Source: an uncultured virus (IMG/VR IMGVR_UViG_3300044267_003392)
Taxonomy: Duplodnaviria; Heunggongvirae; Uroviricota; Caudoviricetes
DNA: 64,000 bases
IMG/VR virus record: IMGVR_UViG_3300044267_003392
Strand: one strand, 5' to 3'
Part shown: in pieces, positions 1-10,045 of the stretch
Position numbering within the stretch: position 1 is the first letter of the stretch
Layout: every line of letters begins with the position of its first letter
Position numbers and translations under genes: made by a program
Notes under the pieces: model-generated
Told to the model about the DNA's origin: nothing
Seen by the model: the letters and a program-made list of their open reading frames with translations, nothing else
Databases searched by the model: none

Positions 1-363
1 CATAGGGTCACGTTTAGTTTGTCCAATAATGCCACTGTCGGCACTATGTGAGTCAATAAACCCTCCACCTTGTTCTCTAGGTTTCCACTCTACATATTTG
101 AGGTGGTAGAAAACAGGAATGACTTCGAGTTTATCAAAGGTTTCTTGTGTAACTGTATTGAACAGTTGTCCAGCTTTTGCAGATTCTATATACTCTGCTT
201 TTGATGGATTCACTTGAGGGCTTGATGTTTGCAAGATGCTAATGTAAGGAATAGCTGTATCTCTTGCAAGGTTTATAGTACCAAAACCACTCATGGCTTT
301 TGAATCTTCTGCTAAAACAGCTAGATCCAAAGTATCTTTAGTTTTTACATTTTTAGTATTCAT
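1..363 (-). CDS. Putative ssDNA-binding protein of the replication module (partial, runs off the left edge)
   Basis: Hand-translated from ATG at 363 (AAGGT upstream): MNTKNVKT...DTAIPYISILQTSSPQV...AKAGQLFNTVT...VIPVFYHLKYVEWKPREQGGGF. Open to position 1. Pattern recalled from putative SSBs of PolA-encoding phages. Confidence 0.5.
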   Translation of the reverse strand, partial: MNTKNVKTKDTLDLAVLAEDSKAMSGFGTINLARDTAIPYISILQTSSPQVNPSKAEYIESAKAGQLFNTVTQETFDKLEVIPVFYHLKYVEWKPREQGGGFIDSHSADSGIIGQTKRDPM

Positions 364-371
364 AATTTACC

Positions 372-938
372 TTATTCAGATTTAATTGTTGTTTTGTGAC
401 CAATATAAGCACCAAGAAGATCCATAGGAAGTTCTCTGCCTGCCTCATATTGTTCACGGACGAATGCGCGAAGGGTGGAAGGTTCGACCCACTCGCGTTG
501 TGCAGGCTCTAATCCTTTCTCATTGAGATCAGATATAAGACTACTAGCTTTCTCATCTTCATTCCTTCCAAAGCTACAAGTGACTTGGTTCTTTACTAAA
601 TCACCAAATCCATTGTTTCTTAGCCAAGTATATGCTGCATCTCTATTCTCTACTTTAATAGCTGCACGGTAATACTCGGAAACTTTAATTTTACGACCAT
701 CAGACAATTTTAATTCTGATAATCCTACTTCTGAAAAAAGACTAGGTAAAACTTCTTCTGATAATTTTGTTTTATAATCTTCTTTTCTTTTTAATTCTTC
801 TTTTATTTTTTGTATTTCGTTTTCTGTTTCTGCAATGTCTGTAGCTACTGCACCAATCTTACCCATGTTATCTTCAGGTATAGTTTCAGCATCTTCTTGC
901 ATTTGCATAACTAAATCTTTTGGATCTAAACTTGTCAT
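372..938 (-). CDS. Conserved phage replication-module protein (coiled coil; AYTWLRNNGFGDLVK and VEPSTLRAFVRE motifs)
   Basis: 188-aa ORF, GAGG RBS, coupled to neighbours. Function unknown. Confidence 0.6.
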   Translation of the reverse strand: MTSLDPKDLVMQMQEDAETIPEDNMGKIGAVATDIAETENEIQKIKEELKRKEDYKTKLSEEVLPSLFSEVGLSELKLSDGRKIKVSEYYRAAIKVENRDAAYTWLRNNGFGDLVKNQVTCSFGRNEDEKASSLISDLNEKGLEPAQREWVEPSTLRAFVREQYEAGRELPMDLLGAYIGHKTTIKSE

Positions 939-939
939 A

Positions 940-1248
940 TCAACCTCTCAAATCTATTTCTAAATCGTAGTATCTTTTATCATTACGGTCCCACTTTAGA
1001 ACCTTAAATCTACCACCATTATTCTTTGCAGCAATTGCACCGCAAACTGCTATTATAGCAGGGTCACCAATTAAAAGCAAGTAGTCATCATCACTAAATT
1101 CTTTTAATTCTTGTTTAAGTTTAAATGTTAAAGGTCCAGATGCTAAAATCATTTGTTTATTATCTGGTAACATAACTTTTAAATCGCCAAACTTTTCAGC
1201 TGAACGAACGTTATAATCCATTACTTGCGGTATGTATACTTTTGCCAT
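940..1248 (-). CDS. Hypothetical phage protein
   Basis: 102-aa ORF, AGAAAGAGA upstream, first gene behind a leftward promoter. Confidence 0.65.
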   Translation of the reverse strand: MAKVYIPQVMDYNVRSAEKFGDLKVMLPDNKQMILASGPLTFKLKQELKEFSDDDYLLLIGDPAIIAVCGAIAAKNNGGRFKVLKWDRNDKRYYDLEIDLRG

Positions 1249-1258
1249 ATTCTCTTTC

Positions 1259-1287
1259 TTGACTCTTATTATAACATAGTATATAAT
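1259..1287 (+). promoter_or_regulatory. sigma70-type promoter for the SNF2 helicase
   Basis: TTGACT(1259-1264)-N17-TATAAT(1282-1287). Confidence 0.75.
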
Positions 1288-1296
1288 GCATTACAA
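1268..1296 (-). promoter_or_regulatory. sigma70-type promoter for the leftward SSB operon, overlapping the rightward promoter
   Basis: Minus strand TTGTAA(1296-1291)-N17-TATAAT(1273-1268). Confidence 0.7.
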
Positions 1297-1313
1297 GAAT
1301 AAAGAAAGACTAA

Positions 1314-2750
1314 ATGTATAAATTTAAGACGAAGCCGTTTGAGCATCAAAAAGATGCATTGAAGAAGTGTTGGAATAAAAAAGCTTTTGCTATTTTTGCT
1401 GAAATGGGCACAGGTAAAACAAAGATAGCATTAGACAATGCTTGTATTTTATACAACAAAGGTCGAATAGACAGATTATTAGTAGTTGCTCCTAAGGGTA
1501 CGTATATGAACTGGGTAGATCAAGAAATCCCAGTTCACGTTCCCGATTACATAGAGAAAGATGTGCTTGCTTGGAAACCAAATATTACAGAAAAATATGA
1601 ATTACAATTAAAAGCAATACGTAATGCAGAAAATTTTAAATTAAAAATATTTGTTATGAACGTAGAATCATTGTCTACTAAAAAAGGTTGTTATTACGCA
1701 AAGTTATTTCTATCTGGTAAATCTATGATGATTGTAGATGAAAGCACGACAATAAAAAACCCACAAGCAAAGAGAACAAAAAACATATTAGAATTAAGTA
1801 AAGAGGCACCTTACAAAAGAATATTAACAGGTTCACCAGTGACACAATCCCCTATGGATTTGTGGTCACAAATGGATTTTTTAGAACCAGAAATATTAGG
1901 ACAACAAAGTTTTTACGCTTTTCGCACAAAATATGCTGTGTTAATTACAGCTAGTGCAGCAGGAGGCACTCATAAATTTCAAAAAATAGTTAAATTTAAG
2001 AATTTAAAAGAATTAGGTAAATTAGTGTCGCCACATTCATACCGTATTTTAAAAAAAGATTGTTTAGATTTACCTGATAAAATTTTTACAAAAAGAATTA
2101 TAGAATTAAGTGATGAACAGAAAAAAGCTTACAGTGAAATGAAGACAAGTGCCATAACAATACTAAAAGGCGAACCAGCAACAGCTGTCAATGTTTTGAC
2201 ACAATTAATAAAATTACATCAAATTACTTGTGGTCACATGAAAACAGATAGTGGTGATATTATTAATTTAAAAAATTCTAGACTAGATGAGTTGATGCAA
2301 ATACTAGGAGAAACAACTGGCAAAGTAATAATTTGGGCTAATTATATACATGATATTAATACGATAGAAAGTGCCATTAAAAAAGAATTTGGCCCTACAT
2401 CATATTGCACTTATTATGGTGCAACTAAACAAGAAGATAGACAAGCTTGTATAAATAAATTTCAAGACGAAAAAAATCCTATACGTTTTTTTATAGGCAA
2501 CACACAAACAGGTGGATATGGTATTACACTGACACAAGCTAGCACCGTCGTATATTATTCTAATAATTATGATTTAGAAAAAAGAATACAATCAGAAGAT
2601 AGAGCGCACAGAATAGGTCAAAAAAATCCAGTATTATACATTGATTTAGTGGCAAAACAAACTGTAGATGAAAAAATAATACAAGCGTTAAGAAATAAAG
2701 TTAATATTGCTAGTGAAATAAATGGAGAAGAATTAGCTAGTTGGATTTAA
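1314..2750 (+). CDS. SNF2-family (SF2) helicase/ATPase
   Basis: Walker A EMGTGKT, Walker B IVDES, motif III LTGSP, TGGYGITLT, motif VI QSEDRAHRIGQ. Confidence 0.9.
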   Translation: MYKFKTKPFEHQKDALKKCWNKKAFAIFAEMGTGKTKIALDNACILYNKGRIDRLLVVAPKGTYMNWVDQEIPVHVPDYIEKDVLAWKPNITEKYELQLKAIRNAENFKLKIFVMNVESLSTKKGCYYAKLFLSGKSMMIVDESTTIKNPQAKRTKNILELSKEAPYKRILTGSPVTQSPMDLWSQMDFLEPEILGQQSFYAFRTKYAVLITASAAGGTHKFQKIVKFKNLKELGKLVSPHSYRILKKDCLDLPDKIFTKRIIELSDEQKKAYSEMKTSAITILKGEPATAVNVLTQLIKLHQITCGHMKTDSGDIINLKNSRLDELMQILGETTGKVIIWANYIHDINTIESAIKKEFGPTSYCTYYGATKQEDRQACINKFQDEKNPIRFFIGNTQTGGYGITLTQASTVVYYSNNYDLEKRIQSEDRAHRIGQKNPVLYIDLVAKQTVDEKIIQALRNKVNIASEINGEELASWI

Positions 2751-3421
2751 AGCAAAGATTGTAAATACAAGTCTAATTTTTTCATAAAAGCTTCACCTGC
2801 ACGCACAAAATTCTCACCTTTTAATTCAAATTTTTGAAATAATAAATCACGTGAACACATGAGCACTACACCTTGATCTATTTCTGTATCAAATAATTTA
2901 TTGTGTGCCATCGCATATGCAGATAATTGCATTAGATAATCCTGCACCCATTCTCTTTTCTTTGGTCTATTTGTTTGTTTAAAATCTATAATTGTTGGCC
3001 TGCCATCATATACACCAACCATATCTGTAGTGCCTGCAAACTTACCAGGATAATACAAATGTACTTCTGATCCCCATACTTCGCTAATTTTTTTTAACCC
3101 TTCATCGTGATCAATAATTACCTGGGCCATTTTCCCCGCTTGGATGCCTATATCTGTAAGATCCTTGTATGCATGTTCGTTCACATAATGTTCTATATAT
3201 AGGTGGAGCGCGGTTCCAATTTGTGAGGAATCAGATATAATTTTTTCTGCTTGTTTTTCCCCTACACGTGCACGCCATTCTTTTAAAAACGTTTTGTCTT
3301 TAGTTTTCGATAATATTGTGGTAACGGAAGGTAATGCTTCACCCTCAGGTGTAAGGTACAATCTTGTTGCACCATCTTTTCTTTTTAAATCTGCGTAATT
3401 ATATTTCTGTACGATTTGCAC
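2747..3421 (-). CDS. PD-(D/E)XK exonuclease (Cas4/RecB/MGME1-like)
   Basis: LPSVTTIL, GTALH, E...AGTTD...IIDFKQ and QLSAYA motifs. GTG start. Confidence 0.85.
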   Translation of the reverse strand: MQIVQKYNYADLKRKDGATRLYLTPEGEALPSVTTILSKTKDKTFLKEWRARVGEKQAEKIISDSSQIGTALHLYIEHYVNEHAYKDLTDIGIQAGKMAQVIIDHDEGLKKISEVWGSEVHLYYPGKFAGTTDMVGVYDGRPTIIDFKQTNRPKKREWVQDYLMQLSAYAMAHNKLFDTEIDQGVVLMCSRDLLFQKFELKGENFVRAGEAFMKKLDLYLQSLL

Positions 3422-3427
3422 TGCGGC

Positions 3428-3456
3428 ATTATATCACATTAATCCTGCTTTGGAAA
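3428..3456 (-). promoter_or_regulatory. Extended -10 promoter directly upstream of the exonuclease start
   Basis: Minus strand TTTCCA-N17-TATAAT with TGn extension. The -10 ends 6 nt before the GTG at 3421. Confidence 0.6.
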
Positions 3457-3960
3457 GGGAATAACATTTTGGTTTTTAGCCATTGATTGTCTTCTTTGTC
3501 TTGCAAGTGCAATCATATATTTTTCATAGTCAGTTAAACCACGTTGTGCAAAATTTCTTTTTGCCATGCTAGCAATAGCATTTTGTGCTAGGTCATCTAT
3601 GTATCTATCTCCACCAAACTCACCCCAATATGTTCTACCTGCTTGATTTATTTTGTTGTACTCATCAGGATTAGCGCGGTAATAATTTATTAAATCTTTT
3701 GTGACGTTATCGTTATTTATTTTAGCACGAAGCGTTGACATAATACCACTGTAAGGTGTTGGATTATTATCTGCTGTTAAATATTTGGAAGCGTTTTCCA
3801 TAATGCCTTCTGCTGCACCAAATCTAGATTCATCTCTAAAAGCAGGGTTACGCATTGATCTAACAAAACGATCATCAGGAAAATTTTGGGCTACAGCAAG
3901 AACACGACGCATCGCATCCTTGCCATATTTTTTCCCAATTAGCGACAGTATACCGTACAT
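3439..3960 (-). CDS. Hypothetical protein, last gene of the virion operon
   Basis: 173-aa ORF, GGGGAAAG upstream. Confidence 0.6.
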   Translation of the reverse strand: MYGILSLIGKKYGKDAMRRVLAVAQNFPDDRFVRSMRNPAFRDESRFGAAEGIMENASKYLTADNNPTPYSGIMSTLRAKINNDNVTKDLINYYRANPDEYNKINQAGRTYWGEFGGDRYIDDLAQNAIASMAKRNFAQRGLTDYEKYMIALARQRRQSMAKNQNVIPFPKQD

Positions 3961-3979
3961 TCTTTCCCCAAGCGGCCCC

Positions 3980-4183
3980 TTACCTGTCTAACTTTTCGTT
4001 GATGTGTTTTATCTCTGTCTCTATGACAGCAATACGTGAATCTATAGAATATAATAATTGTAATGATGTTTCTAATCTATCCATGTCTTTTTCTAATGCA
4101 GATACTCTTTGTGAAGTCATACCCCACGTTCCGCCTAAAGCTAGAACAACACCAACTAACCATACTATATCTTTAAAGGTCAT
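3980..4183 (-). CDS. Small membrane-anchored coiled-coil protein
   Basis: N-terminal TM helix IVWLVGVVLALGGTWG, then heptad repeats. ATGA coupling. Confidence 0.6.
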   Translation of the reverse strand: MTFKDIVWLVGVVLALGGTWGMTSQRVSALEKDMDRLETSLQLLYSIDSRIAVIETEIKHINEKLDR

Positions 4184-4722
4184 ACTTCCATGTCAAAATA
4201 ATTGAACGGAGGTATTCTACCTTCGTTTTCCATTTGCTCTCTTTGTTTTTGTTTAAACATAAAGTCTAACATGTAATCGTATAAATAATCTTTTTGTTCG
4301 TCTGTTAAAGGAACTCTTTCACTTTCTTGCATTCCTTCTGGTGTTGGTAATGATGCTATTCCTCCATCATCAAAACTAAATTTGTATCCAAAATCTAAAC
4401 CGTATTGATTATCGTCAATATCATATTGACCACCAAGACTAAAGATACCTGGGCCCATAGGCTTCTCGTAGTCGTACCTTATTGATTTGTCCCCTATATC
4501 TACGTCAGGTAAATACGGATCTATTTTTTCATAACTTTCTATAATAGGTCCTAATACACCAGAATTTTTTGCTGCATCAACAATATTATTTCTTCTTTCA
4601 GATATTTGAGGAGACAAAGAATTTTTAAATTGTCTAAACATTTCACCTCTTCGGTTTCTTATATCCTCTCGTCTAGAAAAATTATCACCAGATGTTAATA
4701 CACCTTTTTTTAAACTGCTCAC
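4180..4722 (-). CDS. Hypothetical virion-associated protein (FDDGGIASL motif)
   Basis: 180-aa ORF coupled to neighbours. Confidence 0.6.
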   Translation of the reverse strand: MSSLKKGVLTSGDNFSRREDIRNRRGEMFRQFKNSLSPQISERRNNIVDAAKNSGVLGPIIESYEKIDPYLPDVDIGDKSIRYDYEKPMGPGIFSLGGQYDIDDNQYGLDFGYKFSFDDGGIASLPTPEGMQESERVPLTDEQKDYLYDYMLDFMFKQKQREQMENEGRIPPFNYFDMEV

Positions 4723-7700
4723 ACTAAACTCCCTATACCTTTTTTAGTAAACGGATTGTCATTCATGCCTTGTTGTGGTTTGACATATTTACCTTGGTTA
4801 TTCATTATTGGATTCATTTCCATTAGCCCACCTCCTGCGGCGTATTGTGTTCCGCCACCATACTGTGCAGCAAGTGCTGCATCTGTATTACCTGTATATA
4901 ACGCGCCAGCTGCTGCTGGGTTAAAATTCTGGTTCCTATTTATCACCGACCCTGCACTGGCAGAATCATAACCGCCGACAGAAGCATCTGCTGCTTCTGG
5001 TGCAAACTGTGGTGCACCTAACGGTGGTGATTGACTAGGTAATAAATCTAATATTTTAGGATTAAGAGGACTGTCAAATATTTTTCCTGGAATAGATGGT
5101 GCTTGTTGTATTGCCTCTCCTATGCCCTCCATAACGTTTTGTCTTGTTGATTTTACTTTTTGTGCAACTCTAGAATTTCTGTTGTATTCTTTTTGTACTT
5201 GTTCCATTTCTGCAAGGTCTGCATCAAACGCTGCAAACTCTTCTGGATACATTCTAACTAATCTAGCAAAGTTTGCTTGTCTAATTGTGCTAGGTAGATT
5301 TACATCAGTTAAATTTTTTAACACTCTAATTGCAACTGGATTTGTTAAAACTTTACCGCCATAGTTAATTAAAAATGCTGCGGCACTTGCCATTAAAGGA
5401 CCTACGCCAATAACACCTGCACCCTCTGCCACACCTCTGCCAATTGCAGTCGATGGTAATAAAGAACGTGCAGCTCCTCTAGTTCCGGCCATTGTTGCAC
5501 GACGCATCATAAACTTAGAACCACTAGGCACACCGTTTTCAAATAACTTTTCTAATACTCTTGTTAAATCATCAAACTCTGCTAACGTTGGTAACCTTGT
5601 TGCATTTGTTTTCATCATGCCTTCAGGAACTTCTTCCCCTAATATTTCTTTTAAACCTTTACCTACACCAGTTTCATATATTTCATCATCAAACTTTTTA
5701 AATATTCCTGTTGCTGGATCAAATATTTCTAATTTAGATACTGTTGGTCCTGGTAATGCTTCTTTAAATAATCTATTTAATGGTCCAGTTGTTCCTATAC
5801 CAAGTGCACCTCTAAATGCTGCTGCGTCAAAAAACTGTACTCCTTCTTTTTCTTTTATTGCTGCATCAAAAGAATCTCTTATGTACATACCTAAACCATT
5901 TACATATCCACGGTCGCCTACAATTCTTCTAAGTGCTTGTATTTCTGCTTTACTATTAGGATTGCCTGCTCTTGCAGATTTAATTACTGTATCCCATAAA
6001 CTATGTGAACCACGTGTCGTGCTATTATTAAGTACAACACCAAATCCTCTTGTTGCAACTTCACCACCAGCTGCTGCTTTACCCACGTTGGTTCCGTATA
6101 ACATTAAACCTGATGATACAAATTTATCGTACGCATCAAAAGCTTTTGCCACGTCAGGATAACCCATTCTTTCTATTGATGCTACATCATTTTCCCACGC
6201 TTTCATTAATCTTGATATGTCATCTGCATAAGATGTTTCTGCTAATGTCTTATCTTTAAGTGGTGCTAGTAAATCATCAAGTTGTTCACGTAATCCTTTC
6301 ATTTGGTATACGTCACGTAAGCCATGTGTTCTGCCTTCGCCAACTGGTTTTATTATTTGGTTTTTTAAAACATTAATTAATTTATCACGAACTTCTGATG
6401 GTATAATATTACCAGATGGATCTCTTTGTAGTTTTAATTCATATTCTCTTAATGTTTGTTTAGCAACATTAACTAAATTTTCATCAGAAAAACCTTTGCC
6501 CATGCCTTCTGCAGCTTTAACAAAATCATCTTCTAATTGTTTTGCATGTGCAACAAAACCTCTATAGTTTTTAGATGCCAAGAAAGAAAAGTCATCTATC
6601 ATTTCATCTAAGTGTGCATACGGTGCGAACGCACCAATCATTTTTCTCATGACACCATCAATGTAAAAGTCACTTTGTTTTGCCATGTTGTTTTTTATAC
6701 TAATACCAAATATAGGAGCTGGTGATAGCATAGACGATATTTTGCCACCAAATCCACCGCCAACACTTGTACGTGCAACCATAGTGCCACCTATTTCTGC
6801 AGCTTCAGGAAACCATTCGTTAGTGCCAGGCTTTATTGGATCACGTGGACCAAGCCAATTAAATGCTTTTGAATTAGATAAACGAAATAAAAAATTACCA
6901 AGACCAAGTGGCATGTTGTATGATAATTTTTCTTTTGGTTGTTTTAATCCTTTTGTTGCAACTTGATCAAGCTCACTTTGTGAAGGCATCCATCGTTCTA
7001 ATATTCTTTGTTCACCTTCTAATATTTCTTTACCACTAACAACTCCTGGTGCTTTACTAGGTTTTTGTTTAAACATACCAAATGGGTATGTGCCTACTGT
7101 TCTTCTTAAACCATAAAACGTTGGTCTAAGTGCAAAGAAACCTGAAGTTAATCCTGCATCCCATATTGCTGCACTTGTAGCATTTTTAACTCTTTCCATT
7201 TGTTCTGGTCTATTAATACCTTGTGGTCCAAACGTTAATGCGTCCGGCACAACTGATGCTAATGCTGCATCAACAAGACTAGCTTGTTGATTAGGGTCAC
7301 GCATGTATCCTTTTGCTTTACCGGCTCTGTCCATAAGATCTAACATGCCTTCGTAACCATAATCTGCTACTCCAACAGCTAAAGCTCCACCAGTAACTGC
7401 TCCTACAGATCTTGCAAACCAGTTGCCTTTTGATTTTGCAAATGACTTTGCTGCACCTTTTAAAAATTTATCTCTTACAAGTTTTTCACCTTTTACAGAT
7501 CCTGCAATACCACCAGCAATATACATACTAGCTTCTACTGCCGGATAAGGATTAGGATTGTTTGTGAATAATCCTATGCCGTCACGTAAATCTTGTACTT
7601 CAGGTGTTAGTACAACATAATCATTTTCTGGTGTTAAACCTTCGTTAGCAAGTAAATCATTTGTTGCTTGTGTAGCTAGATCTAAAAATTTACTATCACC

Positions 7701-8096
7701 TGTTGTTTCGTATTTAAGTTTTGCAGCTTGTGCTATTTCTAAAATGTCATCTCTTACACGGTCTCTTCTTTCACGGTAATTTCTTGCGTTTTGTAATTCT
7801 GTTTTTCGTAACTCTTTGTCTGCTTTGGATTGTAAAATCCAGTTATCTTTTCCGTAACGCCATCCTGTTTTACCAAATGGTATATTCCAAGCAGAACCAA
7901 TTGCTGCCATAGGGACATCAAGAACTGTATCAATAGCTTGTCTGCCCTCCATTATTTTTTGTCTTTCTATTGATTGTGGAACGCCACCCTCAGTTGTCTC
8001 TCCTGTAAATCCTTTCTCTGCTGTGTATGCAGTTTTGTGTTCGTAAAAAGGTCTTACGGTTTCATTAAAAGCTTGTACTGAATTTTTAGTTGCCAT
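4719..8096 (-). CDS. Large internal virion / DNA ejection protein
   Basis: 1125 aa, helical, Ala/Gly-rich hydrophobic stretches, largest of three consecutive genes after the tail genes. This is the usual podovirus ejection-protein arrangement. Confidence 0.6.
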   Translation of the reverse strand: MATKNSVQAFNETVRPFYEHKTAYTAEKGFTGETTEGGVPQSIERQKIMEGRQAIDTVLDVPMAAIGSAWNIPFGKTGWRYGKDNWILQSKADKELRKTELQNARNYRERRDRVRDDILEIAQAAKLKYETTGDSKFLDLATQATNDLLANEGLTPENDYVVLTPEVQDLRDGIGLFTNNPNPYPAVEASMYIAGGIAGSVKGEKLVRDKFLKGAAKSFAKSKGNWFARSVGAVTGGALAVGVADYGYEGMLDLMDRAGKAKGYMRDPNQQASLVDAALASVVPDALTFGPQGINRPEQMERVKNATSAAIWDAGLTSGFFALRPTFYGLRRTVGTYPFGMFKQKPSKAPGVVSGKEILEGEQRILERWMPSQSELDQVATKGLKQPKEKLSYNMPLGLGNFLFRLSNSKAFNWLGPRDPIKPGTNEWFPEAAEIGGTMVARTSVGGGFGGKISSMLSPAPIFGISIKNNMAKQSDFYIDGVMRKMIGAFAPYAHLDEMIDDFSFLASKNYRGFVAHAKQLEDDFVKAAEGMGKGFSDENLVNVAKQTLREYELKLQRDPSGNIIPSEVRDKLINVLKNQIIKPVGEGRTHGLRDVYQMKGLREQLDDLLAPLKDKTLAETSYADDISRLMKAWENDVASIERMGYPDVAKAFDAYDKFVSSGLMLYGTNVGKAAAGGEVATRGFGVVLNNSTTRGSHSLWDTVIKSARAGNPNSKAEIQALRRIVGDRGYVNGLGMYIRDSFDAAIKEKEGVQFFDAAAFRGALGIGTTGPLNRLFKEALPGPTVSKLEIFDPATGIFKKFDDEIYETGVGKGLKEILGEEVPEGMMKTNATRLPTLAEFDDLTRVLEKLFENGVPSGSKFMMRRATMAGTRGAARSLLPSTAIGRGVAEGAGVIGVGPLMASAAAFLINYGGKVLTNPVAIRVLKNLTDVNLPSTIRQANFARLVRMYPEEFAAFDADLAEMEQVQKEYNRNSRVAQKVKSTRQNVMEGIGEAIQQAPSIPGKIFDSPLNPKILDLLPSQSPPLGAPQFAPEAADASVGGYDSASAGSVINRNQNFNPAAAGALYTGNTDAALAAQYGGGTQYAAGGGLMEMNPIMNNQGKYVKPQQGMNDNPFTKKGIGSLV

Positions 8097-10042
8097 TATT
8101 CAAGTTGCTCCAAGTAACTGTTTTTAATATCTTCACTACTTTGTTTGTTTTCATTGTGGTCAGCGTTTAAACCACCTTTTATTGATTGTGCGTATGCACC
8201 ATACAACTCTGCACCTACAATATCATGCTTAAAGAAATTTGTTTTATCGTTTTGTCTAAGCATATAATAAGAGTTAGCAAATTTATCTATACCTTTAATT
8301 TTAAAATCATCAGGTGCATATGTTAATCCAAACTGTTGTGATTTATCATAATCACTTGTCAACCCTGCACCTTCTAAAGCACCAGCCATGTTTCTAGATA
8401 ATTGGTTAAATATAAATGCATAGTTTTCTATTACTTGATTTGGATCAGTAGATGTCGTGCCACCAAAACCAGTCATTCTTGTGTCTGCAAATGATCTACG
8501 AAGAACGTCTGCTAACATACGACCAGTTGGCTGTCTGTCTCTTGCAAGTGCAAGACCAAGTGTTGTTTCAAAAGTCATTAATGCAGAACGATTAGGATTT
8601 TCAAGAATTAATTTCATGTCATCCCACACTACAATTTCTGCTGGTGTACCTGGGTCAAGCATTGTTTTACCATCATCAGAATACCTAGCACCTTCGTTTT
8701 GTCCGTACTTGTTTCCTGTGTCTACAAATACACCAATAGTAGTGCCACCACCTATATCCATTTGATAAGTAGCTTTTTCTGGTACAGTTATTTCTTTTGC
8801 AAAATCAAATGCTTGTGTTTCAAATTGTTTTAAGTCACCACTTTCACTAACAGCAGTGCTCATTATTTGGTTAAGCAAAGATATTTTAGGTCCAACGTAT
8901 CTACCAAACTCTCCAATTGCACCTGCCACTACATCTTTCTGGTCTATTAATATAGGCATAATGTAATCAGCCATTGTATCGAGTGTACGTTTTAAATATT
9001 TAGAATATTTTAATTGGTCAGCTTGTGCAGCGTCAGTTTGGAATGTAGCAGTGCCTCCACCATACCCAGCAACATTCATTCCTTCTTTTGATGCTGATGT
9101 ATCTACAAATGTAAATCTGTCATATCCTAATTCACTGTTCATGTTCATAAAGTTTTGTATCTCTGGACTCTTACGGTAGAAAGTTTGCACTCTTCGTGAC
9201 CCTGTTTTAACTGGATCACCATTTGGCCCATATATCATTTGACCATTTTTATCTGTTTTGTATAAATTTTCATAGACAACAGTAAAAGGTCCACTTCTGT
9301 CTTGCATTTTATCAAGCTCTGACATGTACATGTTAAGAGCTGCTGCTCCTATCTCACGCTCCGCCTTGCCTTTTTCTACACCCATTTGGAATAGTGTTGG
9401 TGCAACTTGCATTCCTGCTTGTCCTACAATGTCCATAAAACCTTTTAGACCTGGGTCCAAGGACTTACCGGACATGAGTGCTGAACCTAGTTGCATTAAT
9501 AGTGCAGTGCTTTGCATTTGTTGTGCGCCGTCACCATCACCCATTATCTGTCTTATAATATCTTTATATCCTTCTATTCTTGTAAGGCTTTCGTTCTCAA
9601 TTAATCCTGCGTATGCGTTAGTAGAATCTACTACAGCTTTTGTATTAGCTTCTGCATTGTCTGCTTGGTCATTAGTTGCATTTACCTCTTCACTTATTTC
9701 TATATCTTCAGAAACTTTTTCTTGATTTTCATCTACAAATATATCATCTTCTTGTGTTGGAGGTTTAATTGTTGGATCTTCTTGTTTAACTGCATCGTCT
9801 CTTTCTGGCGTAGTAGTTCTTTCCGGAAAAGCACCGTAAGCGGCTAGTGGTCCACCTAGTGCAACACCTTGTTTAAATCTACCTTGATTACCAGCTGCAG
9901 CGTCCATGTAATTTTTTGCGTAAGGTCTAGCCTTTTCAAATGCTTTACTGGCAGCTTCTTCTGCAGTGCCTTGCATTTTGTATGCAGCTCTTGCAGCTTT
10001 ATTAATAATAGGTTTAAATAATGGTCGAAGAAATGGGTTCAT
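8096..10042 (-). CDS. Internal virion / ejection protein
   Basis: 648 aa. Position, plus ALLMQLGSALMSG-type amphipathic segment. Confidence 0.55.
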   Translation of the reverse strand: MNPFLRPLFKPIINKAARAAYKMQGTAEEAASKAFEKARPYAKNYMDAAAGNQGRFKQGVALGGPLAAYGAFPERTTTPERDDAVKQEDPTIKPPTQEDDIFVDENQEKVSEDIEISEEVNATNDQADNAEANTKAVVDSTNAYAGLIENESLTRIEGYKDIIRQIMGDGDGAQQMQSTALLMQLGSALMSGKSLDPGLKGFMDIVGQAGMQVAPTLFQMGVEKGKAEREIGAAALNMYMSELDKMQDRSGPFTVVYENLYKTDKNGQMIYGPNGDPVKTGSRRVQTFYRKSPEIQNFMNMNSELGYDRFTFVDTSASKEGMNVAGYGGGTATFQTDAAQADQLKYSKYLKRTLDTMADYIMPILIDQKDVVAGAIGEFGRYVGPKISLLNQIMSTAVSESGDLKQFETQAFDFAKEITVPEKATYQMDIGGGTTIGVFVDTGNKYGQNEGARYSDDGKTMLDPGTPAEIVVWDDMKLILENPNRSALMTFETTLGLALARDRQPTGRMLADVLRRSFADTRMTGFGGTTSTDPNQVIENYAFIFNQLSRNMAGALEGAGLTSDYDKSQQFGLTYAPDDFKIKGIDKFANSYYMLRQNDKTNFFKHDIVGAELYGAYAQSIKGGLNADHNENKQSSEDIKNSYLEQLE

Positions 10043-10045
10043 TTC

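Noticed and set aside
2747..3421. Cas4 as part of a CRISPR system
   Set aside because: Lacks the four Fe-S cysteines of Cas4, and no other cas genes or array are present. It is a stand-alone phage exonuclease.
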